Positions 45,050 through 60,457 of a stretch of DNA of 64,000 nt are shown here, piece by piece. How positions within the stretch are numbered: position 1 is the first letter of the stretch; each line of letters begins with the position of its first letter. The stretch lies in the NCBI RefSeq assembly GCF_009914755.1, contig NC_060939.1. The stretch is one strand, 5' to 3'. A program made the translations under genes and the position numbers. The DNA comes from the human T2T-CHM13v2.0 reference genome, Homo sapiens. The notes under the pieces are model-generated. The model worked only from the letters and a program-made list of their open reading frames with translations. It made no database searches and was not told where the DNA came from.

Positions 45050-46615
45050 ATGAATGTGGAATATGACAAAATAATCTTAACTATTTACAAATGAAACAAT
45101 CTCAGTGATGGGGGCAGGGGAAAACCTGCTGTCCTAGCTATCTGCAAATGAGTGGCATCTGTAAGACTCAAGACAAAGAATCTAGGACTGTACATAAGCA
45201 CTGTGCTCTAATTGATCAAGTTGTATCCATGGAGCTATGGTCTAACAATTCTGATACCACTGTACAGTATACAAGAATTAAGTGAATGAATGGAAGATGG
45301 TGGGATCTGGGTTTCCCACAGTTGGAATGAGAGTTTACAGATAAACAAGGGGAGGAGGCTGGAATTATGTATGTGTTAATGATTTATAGTTGGAGACATC
45401 AGTATGAGCCCACATGTAGCCTAATATAGATATAGATGATTACGTATAGAAATATTTATAGATATGTGTATATACGTGGACTAATACACACACATCATTT
45501 CCTTGTTTTGGCCGGGGATAATGAGACTCCAGTGGTAACAAGCATACCTAGTACCCAGATATTGTTTTATAATCCCAATCTCTAATAAAAGGAACCAGAG
45601 CCCCTTGGAGAAAGAGCTGATTCTGTCACTGGAGAAGGAAATATATCAGAAGACTCTTCAATACCTTCTAGTGCCAGAAAGCAAGGACATGCTAAAACAA
45701 AACAAAACAGAAAATGCACTGATGGAGGTATGTCGGAGCCAGCTGAGAGACCTCCCTTCAAAAAGCTTGAAGATTTTCAGCCATAAAATACATAAAGTAA
45801 TATTGGATTATAAGCCAAAATATAAAATAAATATTGACGAACAGATATAAATAAAAGATTGAATAAGACATTAGAAGAAGCAAATCTTATATACAGAAAA
45901 ATTTCAAATGATTTATGTAGGTATTTCCTGCTACGAGATAGAGCTTAACTGCCCCATCCACACACACAATTGAGTGTGGGCTCAGTAAAATGATTTTCTT
46001 TTAAAGAATGGAATATGTGAAAGGGGCAAGAAAGTGACTTTACAGTGGAGAAAGCTGGCAAATATGATCTTATCCAGATGATCAAGGGTGACATCAGCAG
46101 GGCTAAATCATGGTGACCACTTGTACTCTTGCTATGATACGATGAGAGCACCACTGCACCTCTGTGTATCCCCCCAGGACCATAACACCAATCTAATCAC
46201 TAGGGAAACAACAGAAAGATCACAGTTTAAGGACATTCTACAAAAGTCCTGACTAGTACCCCTCAAAACTGTCAAGGTCATCAAGAACAAAGAAAATCTA
46301 AGAAACTGTCACAACCAAGAGGAGCCTAAGGGGGACATGATGGCTAAATGTGATCTGGTGTCCTGGGCGAAATCCAAAAGTGAAAACAATATTAGGGAAA
46401 AACTAAGGAAATCTGAATAAAGTATACACTGTAGTTAATCATACTAGTGTAAAAATACTGGCCCATCAATTGTAACACATATACCATACTAATGTAATAT
46501 GTCAATAATACGAAAAAGTAGGTGTGGAATATTTAACTGTTTAGCACCACTGCAATTTTTCTGTAAATCTAAAACTCTTATAAAAGTTTGTTTAATATTA
46601 AGAAAATAAATAATA
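45050..46615 (+). mobile_element. L1MC/MD 3' region
   Basis: CTTTACAGTGGAGAAAGCTGGCAA...CTCAAAACTGTCAAGGTCATCAAG...TTTTCTGTAAATCTAAAACT. Confidence 0.8.
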
Positions 46616-47612
46616 AGTCATGGAAAATGCATTTGGAGTTTACTGAATTGTACAATGAATTATAAGTGCCCCAATAACAACGGAAGTGCTCATATTTTCT
46701 TGTAACACCTCTTTCAGTAATTATAGAAACGATCATATTCACAGATAATTTTATACAAGGAGTGTGTGTGAATTCTTTGCCAAGTTGCTTGTACTAAACA
46801 TTTCCAAGATGTTCAGCAACATTTCATAACTGAGTATTCTAAAGTTAGACATAACTCATACTTATGAAAGTAGATCAATGGTTAATGGCTTTGGATTTGG
46901 GGATAAATATGGCTTTCTATGTAACTTTAGATATCACTTATATTTTAAGAATGTTATTTTAAATTCACTGTAGGTTGTTCTTGAGTCATCATGCTTTGTA
47001 TGTTAATATCTGCCCTGTGCTTGGATGAAATATTAGCGTAACCTTGGCTTTTGTGCTAAACATTAATCATTATAATCATTCCCATCTATGATCACTCCCC
47101 ATATAACTGAGTCCCACCAAAATCCATCAAAGTGGCAGCAGATGTGCTTATTTTAAAACAGTAGTTTCTATTTAATTTCAAGATGAAAAGCTGAACTATA
47201 CAGTCCACTTCACAAGTTTCTTATTTAATGAAAACAGTTTAAAGAAAATGAGTATCTTGTCTTTTTAGAGTTCATGTTCCAAATTTTGTCAAAATCATTG
47301 AACTTCTTTAAAGTGAATTGAAGAACAAACATCTGCGTCCTCAGTGGCAGAGTGGAAACTGTGAACCCACATGGTTTGACTACACACATATGTGTCTACA
47401 CACTGTTGGATCAGCTCTCCAATAGAGAGAAGAGCCTAGTGTTTTTCTTCTATGTTCAATAAATTTGGGTATTGATCAGATGTATGTGTGTGAGAGAGAA
47501 AGGGTATGGCGGTGCCTCTCCACATAACTGACTCTGCAAGTGTCATTGGGACATTTGTATGCAAGGATAGAACAGGTTACCTCCCCATAATTGTTGCTAA
47601 ATAATAACCCAC

Positions 47613-48060
47613 TGTTCAACTCCCACTTATGAGTGAGAACATGTGGTGTTTGGTTTTCTGTTCTTGTATTAGTTTGCTGAGAATGATGGTTTCCAGCTTC
47701 ATCCATGTCCCTGCAAAGGACATGAACTCATCCTTTTTTAATGCTGCATAGTATTCCATGGTGTATATGTGCCACATTTTCTTTATCCAGTCTATCATTG
47801 ATGGGCATTTGGATTGGTTTCAAGTCTTTGCTATTGTGAATAGTGCACATGGACACAGGGAGGGGAACATCGCACACCAGGGCCTGTCGGGGGGTGGGGG
47901 GCTAGGGGAGGGATAGCATTAGGAGAAATACCTAATATAGGCAACAGGTTGATGGGTGCAGCAAACCACCATGGCACGTGTATACCTATGTAACAAAACT
48001 GCATGTTCTGCACATGTACCCCAGAACCTAAAGTATGATAAAAAAAAAATGAAAAAAAAA
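47613..48060 (+). mobile_element. L1PA (PA7/8-like) 3' end with 5' inversion
   Basis: 47613-47846 antisense, 47847-48060 sense plus poly(A). Confidence 0.93.
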
Positions 48061-49017
48061 TCCTTCCCCTAATTCAGATATTCTGAATATAGCAACTTGT
48101 TTTTATGTATCATTCTGGAAATTTTCTATTTTAATTATGTATAACCACATATTATGTACATATATGTAATCATACTATAGATGATACAAAAATAGAATTG
48201 TACCATAATTTTTTTCTGGAACTTTCTCTATTCAAATAAAGTATAATGGGCATCTTTCTCTATTAGCATAAAACAAAACAAAACAAAAAATAATAATAAT
48301 TCACTTGAGTTAGCTGAAATGAGGACTGTGTCTGAGCAGACAGATGGGGGAGAAGCAACAATGTGAAAAGCAACTTTTCCGAAGTTGTTACTATAGCTAC
48401 CAGGATGCAGACTATTTCTATCACAGCAGCAAACAGAAGAGATTTCAGATAAAGGACAAAAGGAAAAGAAATCAGGACTATTTCCATAGCAACTGGGAGA
48501 TCTGCTGATCGTGGGTAGACTACACTTTTCTCTACCTAACGATATTGATATTAGTCATTAATAATATTACAGGAGGAGATATATAGAAAGCCCTAATCCT
48601 GAACTAATAGCTTAAAGCATAAGATAGGGAAACTGCATTCATTGAAAATGCCACGAAGGTTCCTGGGGCGATGCCGTGAACTTGCATGCCTGACACCTTT
48701 AAAGGCTGAGGGATTACTGACTGCTACTACTAATGTTGCAATTTGTTTGTTGTGAAATTCAGAGGAAATTTCCTTAGTTTGTTTCTACCAAAGATGATGG
48801 TGGATGAGTGTGAGATGTAGAGTAAGTAGAAATTGGAGAAGTGATATAAATAGAATTAGATTTAGAATTAATGGAGGGAATCTGAATGGAATTGCAACAT
48901 TATATAACAAAGATCTGATAAAAAAGAAAAAATATAATTGATGCAGCTGTGTTTATTGGGAGTAAATGCTGGGGGGAATGCAGAGAGAACAATTAGAGGT
49001 TAAGAATTGAGAGCTGG

Positions 49018-49324
49018 GGCCAGGCATGGTGGCTCACGCCTGTAATCCCAGCACTTTGAGGGATCACTTGAGGCCAGGAGTTGGAGACCAGCCTGGCCAA
49101 CATGGCGAAACCCTGTCTACTAAAAATACAAAAAAAAATTAGCCAGGTGTGGTAGCGTATGCCTGTAATCCCAGCTACTTGGGAGGCTGAAGCAAGAGAA
49201 TTGCTTGAACCTGGAAGGCACAGAGGTTGCAGTGAGCCAGGATCATGCCACTGTACTCCAGCCTGGGCAACAGAGTGAGATTCTGTCTCAAAAAAAACAA
49301 ACAAAAAAAAAAACAGAACAAAAC
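49018..49324 (+). mobile_element. AluS with left-arm deletion
   Basis: CTTTGAG joined to GGATCAC; TSD GAGAGCTGG. Confidence 0.93.
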
Positions 49325-49582
49325 TGGAGAGCTGGAAGGCACTTTAGGGATTATGCATATTCAACTTGCAAATGAAATGTTAAGAGGTATTCATTTGTGC
49401 ACATATTTATTGATTATCTACTACAGGCCAGATACTACTTTCCATTCTTGGGAAATACACATCAGTGATCTAAACAGACAGGAATCCCTATGTCCAGGGA
49501 GCTACATTCTCAAGGGAAATCATAGGCCATAAAAAGTAAAGATTATAAATAAGAAAAGTATAAGGTATGTCTGTGCATGTGA

Positions 49583-50127
<545 letters not shown>

Positions 50128-50187
50128 TCTTTTCCCAGTCTTGGACAATGGTTCACCAATGTCATTTCTTGCTCATTTGTTCCAGTG

Positions 50188-50365
50188 CAGTGGTTCTTAC
50201 GGGGTTGTCTTTGGACTCAGCAGCACTGGAATTACCAGGAAGCTTGTTAGAAAGCAGATTCTCAGGCTGTAGCTGGGACTTCCATAATCTAGCACTGTGG
50301 AGGGTGAGGCACAGCAGCCTGTCTTAACACGCCCTCAGGTCATTCTGAGAATCACGTCTGTAAAC
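50188..50365. mobile_element. MER5A (hAT-Charlie)
   Basis: CAGTGGTTCTT...GCTTGTTAGAAAGCAGATTCTCAGGC...CAGGTCATTCTGA. Confidence 0.8.
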
Positions 50366-51019
50366 CAGGGGCGCATTCTTTTCAGTGACCCCTCTCACTT
50401 CTGACTGTTGTCTGTAGAATCTTTCAGAAACCAGTCCCAATTTGCCAACCGCTATTCTAGGCCTCCTACACCCTGATCTGGATGTTTGTAAGAAGAAAAG
50501 GTGCAACAGAATTTATTCCGGAATGGAGAAGACACACCCTCAGCGCGCCCTCGTCAGAACCCAGAATGGTCAGAATAGCTGGCCAAAGAGGAAGGAGACC
50601 TGGCCAGGTGCAATTCTCGAAGGACAAATGAAGCACTGGTCAGATTCCGGGGCATCAGTTCACCCAATCTTGAGAAAATTCTGGGGGAAAAGAGTTCCAT
50701 TCATGGTGAATGAAAGAAGAAGCTTTCTAGAACTAATCTGAAAGCAAAGTGTCCCTAAAGAGAAACCCATCAAAAGTCACTGCTGGATTTTCACCCAAAG
50801 TGAGGCAGAGTAAGTTTTAAAATTAAATTTTATTATTTCGCCTTCCTTTCCAGTTCTTAATGTTAGAATGGTACTCCAGCTTGGAGTGGGAAAGTACATG
50901 GTTGCCTTGCATCTTCCTACTTCTCTCACTTTAATTGGTGTAAAGCCTTATTTAACTGTCTTTAGATTTTAAGATTTGCTAGACCTCAACTCTCCTGTAA
51001 CCATTTCAAAAGCACGGGC

Positions 51020-53887
51020 TGGGCTTCTGCTTCTGATAATGGCGAACGAGGGAGATCAGAACAAGGGACCCAGTGAAGGTAACCACAAGGGCTGGACAAA
51101 CTGTCAAAATCCTGCTTGAGATGAGAGATGGCTGTGAAAACTTTTGGAACAAAGATTCAAGTGATAAAAAAAATTCACCATGGGTAGCCAGGCAGTTAGG
51201 GCCATGCTATTTTAAGAGCATCTTCAGACTTTGAAAATAAGCTGTTAACAATATGCGGAGACTCTCAGCAGAAGTTCTAGGCAGGCCTACAGGCATGGGG
51301 GACAAAAATTAGAGTGCAAGCCCCTCCCAGAGGGGGTCTGGTAAAGTCTGCAAACTTCAGGTTGTAACTCTCAGAGTCTACAGCCAAGGAGTAAAAGTGG
51401 AATAGAAATAGATGCACCCTGAGTCCCACTCCTAAAAGGGGGAAAGGGTAAGTGTGATCTAGGCCACTTCAAAGGAGCTGGGGTGGGGACAGTAGCATTC
51501 TGCTTTTCCCAGAATGCCTCTCTCTGCTCTATGAGCTGGCAATGGGGGAAATGGTAGCCCTTGATCTTCTAGCCTTGCCTTTCCTGGTGTGGAACCTTCG
51601 TCCTACAAGTGAATTGTGGCAGGGGTCAGTGGGGCCCTCATTCTTGGTCTTCCGTGCCAGGAGTAGAGCTCTTGCCCTTGGTGAGCAGGACCTGGGTGGA
51701 GAAGGAGCCTCTGTCCTCTCAGCTGCACCTGACTTGAAGACCTGCCTTATGAGAAATACTAAAGGACATTCTTCAGGCTGAAAGCAAGTGACCCTAGACA
51801 GTAATTTAAATCCACATGAAAAAGGCAAAGGCATGAGTAATGTGATTATGTAATTATGAAATACAGGATACTTGCATATTTCTTTTTCTTTTAACTGACT
51901 TAAAAAGAAGTTGCATAAACAATATGTGTAGAATTGTGTTATGGTTATAACATATAGAAATGTCATATACAATAAGACAAGGAAGTGGCTGGGAACAACT
52001 GTATTTGAGTAGGATTATTGACACTGGGTGCTAACTTGAGTAACTTTCATTTATTCCATAGGAATAAATGAAAAGAATCAGAAATGGTAAGCAAGATGGT
52101 TAATATAATAAATTCTATACGTATAAATAGTCATGTGCTACATAATGATGTGCTACATAATGATGTTTCAGTCAACAGTGGACCACATATGTGACGGTGG
52201 TCCCATAAGATTATAATGGAAATGAAAAATTCCTATCGCCTAGTGATAGCATAGTCATTGTAATGTTGTAGCTCAAAGCATTACACGGTGTTGGTGGTGA
52301 TGCTGGTGCAAACAAACCTACTGCACTGCTATAAAAGTATAGCTCGGGCAATTATGCACAGTACCTGAGACTTCATAATAATAATAAATGACTATGTTAC
52401 TAGTTTATATATTTGCTTTACTATACTTTTTATCTTTTTTGTAAAATGTACTCCTTCTACTTTTTTTTTTTTTAATTTCATTATAAGACAGTCTCAGGCA
52501 GGTCCAGGTATCCAGAAGAAGGCGCTGTTATCGTAGGAGATGACGGCTCCATGTGTGCTATTGCCCCTGAAAACCTTCCAGTGGGACAAGGTGTGGAGTT
52601 GGAAGACAGTGATATGGAAAATCCTGACCCTGTGTAGGCCTAGGCTAATGTATGTGTTTGTGTCTTAGTTTTTAACAAACAAGTTTAAAAGGTAAAAAAG
52701 ATTTAAAAATTTTAAAATAAAAGAAAGCTTATAGAATAAGGATGTAGAGAAATAAATCGTTTTTGTATAGTAGTACATATGTTTGCATTTTAAGCTAGAT
52801 ATAACAAAAGAGTCAAAAAGTCAAAAGAAAGTTTATAAAGTAAAAGTGTTACAATTAGCTAAGGTTAATTATTGAATAAATAAAAATATATTTTATACAT
52901 TTAGTGTAGCCTCTAAGTGTACAGTGTTTCTAAAGTCTACAGTAGCGTACTGGGATGTCCTGGCCTTCACATTCACTCAGCATTCATTCACTGACTCACC
53001 CAGGGCTACTTCCAGTTCTGCAAGCACCATTTGTGGTAAATGACCTATACAGGTGTAGCATTTTTTATCTTTTATACTATATTTTTACCATACATTTTTT
53101 ATGTTTACATATACAAATACTTAACATTGTGTTACAATTCCTTAGAATATTCAGGACAGGAACATGCAATGCAAGTTTGTAAGCTAGGAGCAACAGGCTA
53201 TATATACCACATAACCTAGGTTTGTAGAAGGCTATACCATTCTATGTTTGTGTAAGTACACTCTATGATGTTCACACAACAACAGATTTGAACAATGCAT
53301 TTCTTAGAATGTTAAGCAATGTATGACTATATAGTTGCTTTCCTTTCTTCTTTCAGAGATTTAAAAACATAGATTATATAAAATAATAATTGTAACAATG
53401 TGTTGAGTTTGTAACATATGTAAGTTTTATACTATAACAATAATAGCACAGAAAATTGGGGAGGGAGAATAGTGTTATATAGGAGTAAAGTTCTATATTC
53501 CACTTGAATAAATTGGAATAAATTTAAAATATATTTTAAAGGGTAACATGTATATTGAAATCCCAAAACAACTACTAATAATATAATTTTTTTAATAAAA
53601 ATCATTATAGATCCTCAAACGTTACATCAGAAAATATCCACTTAATCCAAAAGAAGTAAGTAAAGGAGCAAAAGAATAAAAACATACGAATGATGTAAAA
53701 AGCAAATGGTAGATGTATATTGAACCCTATGAATAACAAATGTGAATGAATTAAACAATCCAGTCAAAGGCAGAGATTATCAGACTGAATAAAAATAAAA
53801 AGACCCTCTAAGATGTTGTCTGTAGCAGGCACACATTAGATTCAGGAATCTAGGCTGAAAGTAAAGGATGAAGAAAGATATACCATG
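51020..53887 (+). mobile_element. Old L1M 5'/ORF1/endonuclease fragments, split by Tigger3
   Basis: ACTAAAGGACATTCTTCAGGCTGAAAG; CAATCCAGTCAAAGGCAGAGATTATCAGACTG; GGCTGAAAGTAAAGGATGAAGAAAGATATACCATG. Confidence 0.7.
52128..53329. mobile_element. Tigger3-family (Tigger3b-like) DNA transposon
   Basis: Termini TAGTCATGTGCTACATAA / TTAAGCAATGTATGACTA; internal GACGGTGGTCCCATAAGATTATAATGGA and CCTTCCAGTGGGACAAG. Confidence 0.88.
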
Positions 53888-54265
53888 TGTAAACCAGAGA
53901 GTATCTGAAGCAGGTCTCAATCAGTTTAGAAGTTTATTTTGCCAAAATCAAGGACGTGCCTGGGAGAAAGGTTTATGCCTTTCTCCAAAGATGATTTTGA
54001 GGGCTTCAGCATTTGAAAAGGAAAAGTGGGCTGGAGGGGAAAGAGGGAGGTTGTAGTAATCCATATGTCGCAAGAGAAAAGGAGCAGGTAGGGGAATAGT
54101 CAATTATGTATTCGTTGGGTACTCAGTAAATCAGCACGTTACATAAGATAAGGTGAGCATAGCATGGCTAACTGTGGGGATATTTAACCTTTTATTTGTA
54201 GGTACTTGCTTAGAAACAAACGGAAAGGTAGCTTCTTGCATGACTCAATTTTAAGCTTAATTTTT
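53888..54265 (-). mobile_element. MER4-family ERV1 LTR, truncated
   Basis: GGTCTCAATCAGTTTAGAAGTTTATTTTGCCAA...TTCTTGCATGACTCA. Confidence 0.75.
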
Positions 54266-54269
54266 AAGT

Positions 54270-54466
54270 TTAATTTTTTTTTTATATTTCCAATCCTTTA
54301 TTTTTCTTAATTATACCTTAAGTTCTGGGGTACATCTGCAGAATGTGCAGGTTTGTTACATAAGTATATATGTGCCATGGTGGTTTGCTGCACCCATCAA
54401 CCTGTCATCTACATTAGGTATTTCTCCTAATGCTATCCCGCCCCTAGCCCCCCACCCCCCAACAGG
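54270..54466 (-). mobile_element. L1PA 3' end
   Basis: TTAAGTTCTGGGGTACA...GTGCCATGGTGGTTTGCTGCACCCATCAAC. Confidence 0.92.
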
Positions 54467-54613
54467 GGTCAGGTTCCTGACCATATAATTAATATGTTCA
54501 AGATCAATGTTTTTTATCCAGCAGCAAAAAATAAGTTCCTGTTCTGGGTTAAATGAACAACAACAACAAAAAATGCTTCATTTTTATCTCCCATTGTGTA
54601 AGACATAAAACAT

Positions 54614-54928
<315 letters not shown>

Positions 54929-55991
54929 CCATGGCCCATGGCCATAATGCCTGGAAAAGCTATTTGAAGACACTAAAAATAAAACAATAGGTGGATTGCT
55001 GAAGAACACCAGAAATTGAAGTACTGCCAAATCATCAATGAATTTACATTATTTCTCCTTCATTACTTCTTGATTTGAACTCAACACAACTTGAAATCTG
55101 AAAGTTGGCACTGTTTTGCAAGCAGTGAGAGTTCTAATGTAAGCCCTCTAGTTCTGGATGGGGAGTTGGAACCGAACACTCCTAATCCTTAGAGGATGTT
55201 TAAATCTCCCATTTCCTCCATTCTCTCAAAGTTGAGTCCCCAGGGAATCAATTCCACTCAGGTGATGGCTGTTGCTGCATCTGGAGCCCAGAAACACGAA
55301 ACTCTGAGACAGAGGGACCTCCTCTCCAGTAAGTGGGGCTGCATTCCTAGGACTGCATGCTGGCTTTTCTCTCTGCGTCTTTCCTCACTTGAGAAAGGAT
55401 ATGGGAGTGTGTGACAGAGAGGGGGTAACCAGAGCCCCAAGTTTCTAGCCAGAGGCCCAAAAAACACATGCCAGAGAATAAAAAAGTACTAGGTAGCTTG
55501 CAGAAAGAAAAGAGGTCAAGAAAATGACTCCATAAAAATTGTTTATATATTCCAGGTTTGTCTTGGCTTGTGTATGTCTAGATCTAGTTATACTTAGCAT
55601 ATCAAAGACTTTGAGAGCTAACATTGATAGACAGCTGCCTAGGTTCCAGAAACATGTGGAATAAATCTGAGGAGCACACAAATCTTTCAAACTCTTACAT
55701 ACAGCTTCTATTGGAACCACAGAACACCATTGAACCTGCAGTGTGAACCAGATCAGTTAGTTGTTGGCTGAAAACGAAAATATCAACATTTTCTACAGAA
55801 TTTAAGAAAAACAGTCTTATGATGTTAACATTTAAAATGTGAAGAATACAATCCAAAATTACTTGGCATATGGAGACCCATGGACATTTCAACTCCTATG
55901 AGAACAGACTCAACAGACACCCATGCCATTATGAAGTATATGTTGGAATTATCTTACAAAGAATGAAGGCACGTATTTTTAAAAACATGCA

Positions 55992-56304
<313 letters not shown>

Positions 56305-56333
56305 CACCTGGATTATTATTTCAACAAATGTTA

Positions 56334-56648
<315 letters not shown>

Positions 56649-59295
56649 TCAAGTTAAGTGAACTTTAAGATGGATAAGTAGCAATTATCAAAAGTGACAA
56701 CAGAGAGAAAAATATTGAAGAAAAAAGAACAGAGGTAGAGGAACCTAAGGGAAAATGACAACATCTAAAGTTCTTGTCATCGAAGAAGGATAAGCGAATG
56801 TGATGCTAAAGAAAATTGAGGTAATTATAGTTGAAAACTCCCAGACTATATATAATTTAGTTTTGCTTTATTTTGACCTGTGTGTTGTTTTCTTGGGACT
56901 TGCTTTCTAAAGTCACATTTTGTTTCTAGGGTTTATCTATATTATCATATCACTGTAGCTATAGTTTATTCTATTTCACTGCTGAATAATATCTGTGAAT
57001 ATACTACAGTTTATCTGGTTTCCTGCTAATGAAACACTTTGGTTATTTCTAGTTTTTCCTATTACTAAAAAAGCATAATTCAGGAAAATAACTGTCAGGG
57101 GAAGAAGGGGAATGGCACAAGGGAAAACATAGGTAAATGGAAGTTAGAAATACTGGTGCTTGAGTTCTTAATTGTTCATTATATCATTATGCTTTATAAC
57201 TTAATGTTACATATATATGTGTGTGAGTGTGTGTGTGTATATATTATTTCATATGTATCACAATTTATTTAAAAATATAAAACAGTTAAAAACAAAACAA
57301 AAACAAACAAAGAAGAAAACTCCCAAACTTTGGTAGATGACTAAAACCTAAAGATTTAGAAGCTAAGCAAACCTCAATAGGGTGATTCCATATTACATTT
57401 TTTACAAAAAATATAAAAGCAGTCAGATAAAAATGACACATAACCTATAGTGGAACAGTGATTCAATAATGGTGGCTTTCTCATCAGAAACCATGGAGGC
57501 CAGAAAGAAGAGGCATGGCATTTTTCAAGTGCTGAGAGGAAAGAGCTGCCAATCTAGACTTCTACATTCAGTAAGAATATCCTTCAGGGATAAAGGCACT
57601 CTCAGATGAAGGTAAACTAGGAATCTGACCATCCTTAAAAATTACACAAGGAAGCTGTTAAAACAGAAAGAATGATACCAGAAGGAAACTTGGAGCATCA
57701 GAAATGAAGGAAAAGTGAGAGAAATGGTAGATGTATTAGAAAATAGGATATTCTTTTATACTGAAATTCTTCAAAATATGTTTGATATATAAAAGGAAAA
57801 AATACATAAAAGTGTCTGATAGAATTCTCCATGTATGTATAAGACAGCTATAGAATAAAGTGGAGAGGGTAACGGAATCTATAAGATATTAGCTATACAT
57901 TCCAAATGAAGTGGCAGAATACTCACTCTAAGCAGATTGTGAAGAGTTGACTTGTTTTATCAGAAAAGTAAACTTCAGAGCATAGAAAATTACCAGGGAC
58001 AGTTACACTACATAATGAGAAATAGGATAAATTTACCAAGAAGATATGAGTTCTAAATACATATGCATCAAACAACAGAGATGCAACATACATGAAGCAA
58101 AACCAGACAAAACTGAAAACAGAAATAGATATATCCACAGTTAAAGTTGGTGACTTCAACATCCACACCTCAGTAATATATGAATCTACTAGGTAGAAAA
58201 TCAACAAAGATATAGAAAAATCAGTCAGTGCCATGAACCAACCAGATTTAACTGATTTTACAGAACATTCTACCTAAAAACAGCAGAAGGCACAAGTGCC
58301 CATAGTTCATTCATAACAAAAATATATTCTGGGTCATAAAACAAACTCCAAAGTTTAAATCATTTGGAATTATTCAGAGTATCATCTCAGATCATAATGC
58401 AATTAAACTAGAAATCAATATCAGAAACACAACAGAAAAATATCGAAACCCATGGAAATTAAACAACATACCTTTAAATATGCCGTGGACCAAAGAGGAA
58501 GTCTCAAGGGAAATTAGAAAATATTTTGAAATGAGTAAAAATAAAAAATATGGCATAATGAAGATTGTAGAACTCAGCTAAAAGACTGCTTAGAGAGAAA
58601 TTTATAGTATTAAGTGCTTATATTAGAAAAGAAGAAAGACCTCAGATCACTAACCTAAGCTTCCACCTTTAGAACTGGAAAGCAAAGAGTAAAACAGACT
58701 CAAATCAAGCCAAATTAAGGAAATAATAAAGTAAAAATCAATGAAATTGAAAACCAAGAACAGTAGATGAAATTAGTGAAATCAAATCTAATTCTGTGAA
58801 AATATTTGTAAATGCATTCAAGACTGACAAAGTTAAAAAAAAAAAAGACACAAATTACCAATATCAGGAATTGAAAAGAAATGGGACTACAAGGCCTTCC
58901 AGGATAATAAGGGAGTACTAGAAACACCTCTATGGGAATAACTTCAACAACTTAGATGTAATGGACCAATTCTTCCAGGAACACAAACTATCAAAGCCTA
59001 CTCAAGATGAAATAGATCATAAGAATGGTCTTATGACCATTAAAGTGATTGATTTCATAGTTTAAAAAAATGTTTTAAAAACCTACCCCAAAATCTGAAA
59101 AATAAACTTCCAGGCCTAAATATGGTTTCACTGGTTAATTGAATAAAATATTTAAAGAAATTAGACTAATTCCATAGAACCTTTTCTAGAAAATGGAAGA
59201 AAAGGAAACGTATCCCAACTCATTTTATGAGGCTGGCATCAACCTGACACCAAAATCTGACAAGAAAAAAGAAAACTACGCAATATATTTCATGG

Positions 59296-59441
59296 ATGTG
59301 TATATATATATATCCATGTGTGTGGATATGTATATCCACTATATATATATCCGTGTGTGTATATATATATATACACACACATCTATGTATATACATATAT
59401 CTATTTGTGTGTGTGTGTGTGTATATATGTATATACACACA
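59296..59441. repeat. Mixed (TA)/(TG)/(CA) microsatellite within L1
   Basis: Directly visible. Confidence 0.9.
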
Positions 59442-60016
59442 AATACAAACTATATTAACAAAGTGATTCCAGCAATATATAAAAAGCATAATACAAAGCA
59501 CCAAGTGGAATTTAAACTAGGAATACAAGACTAGTTCAGTACTCTGAAAATAATTAATGTAATTGACCATATTAATAACCTAAAGAAGGAAAGCTGCGCG
59601 GTCATAGAAATTTAAACAGAAAAAACATTTGACAAAATACATCATCTATTCATGATAAAAACTCGCAGCAAACTAGAGTAGAACGGAACATCCTCAAAAA
59701 TTCACATCTAGGAAAATCTTATAGCTAAGAATATACTTAATTGTGCAGCATTGAAAGCTTTTCTCTTAAGCTTAGTGGCAAACTCAACATTCCTGTTAAC
59801 CTAGTAGAAGATCTGGTCAGTGGAAAAGGCAAGAAGAAAATAAAAAGTGTACAAATTGGAGAGGAAGACATGAAAGTGCCATTTGTGGAAGATATGACAC
59901 TTTATATAAAAATCACAAGAAATCTACAAAAAGTCTCCCAAAACTAATAAATGAAGTTAGTAAATCACAGGATACAAGATCAGCACTCATTATTAATCAG
60001 GTATATTTATTTTTTT

Positions 60017-60457
60017 AAAAAAATCAATTTATTATCTTATAGTTGTGAAGGTCATAAGTTCAAAATGGGTCTTACTAGACTCAAGTCAGTGTGTCAGTGG
60101 AGCAGAATTCGTTCTAGAATGGATGCTTGAAGAGGTTCTGGAGGCTCAAAGAGAGAATTCATTCCTAGGCATTTTCTGCCTCTTAAAGCCACCCACATTC
60201 CCCCATCCATGACTGCATGACTCTGACCTCTGCTTTCATTGTAAAATCTCCTTCTCTGCCTCTGATCTTACTGTTTTTCTCTTACATGGGCCTCAGTGAT
60301 TACATTGGGCCCACCCAGATAATTCAAGGTAATCTTCCCATCTCATGGTCTTCAACTTAATGATATCCAAAGTACTATTTGCCAAGTGATATAATGTATT
60401 CAGATTCCAGGGATTAGGACACAGACATCTTTAGGGACTATTATTCTGTCTACCACA
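60017..60457 (-). mobile_element. MLT1D-like LTR ending just after its AATAAA (no U5)
   Basis: GATTACATTGGGCCCACCCAGATAAT...CCAGGGATTAGGAC...ATTATTCTGTCTACCACA; TTTATT at 60028-60033. Confidence 0.82.

Noticed and set aside
47476-48013. L1 ORF2 C-terminal peptide ORFs
   Set aside because: Fragments of a truncated, inverted L1; non-functional
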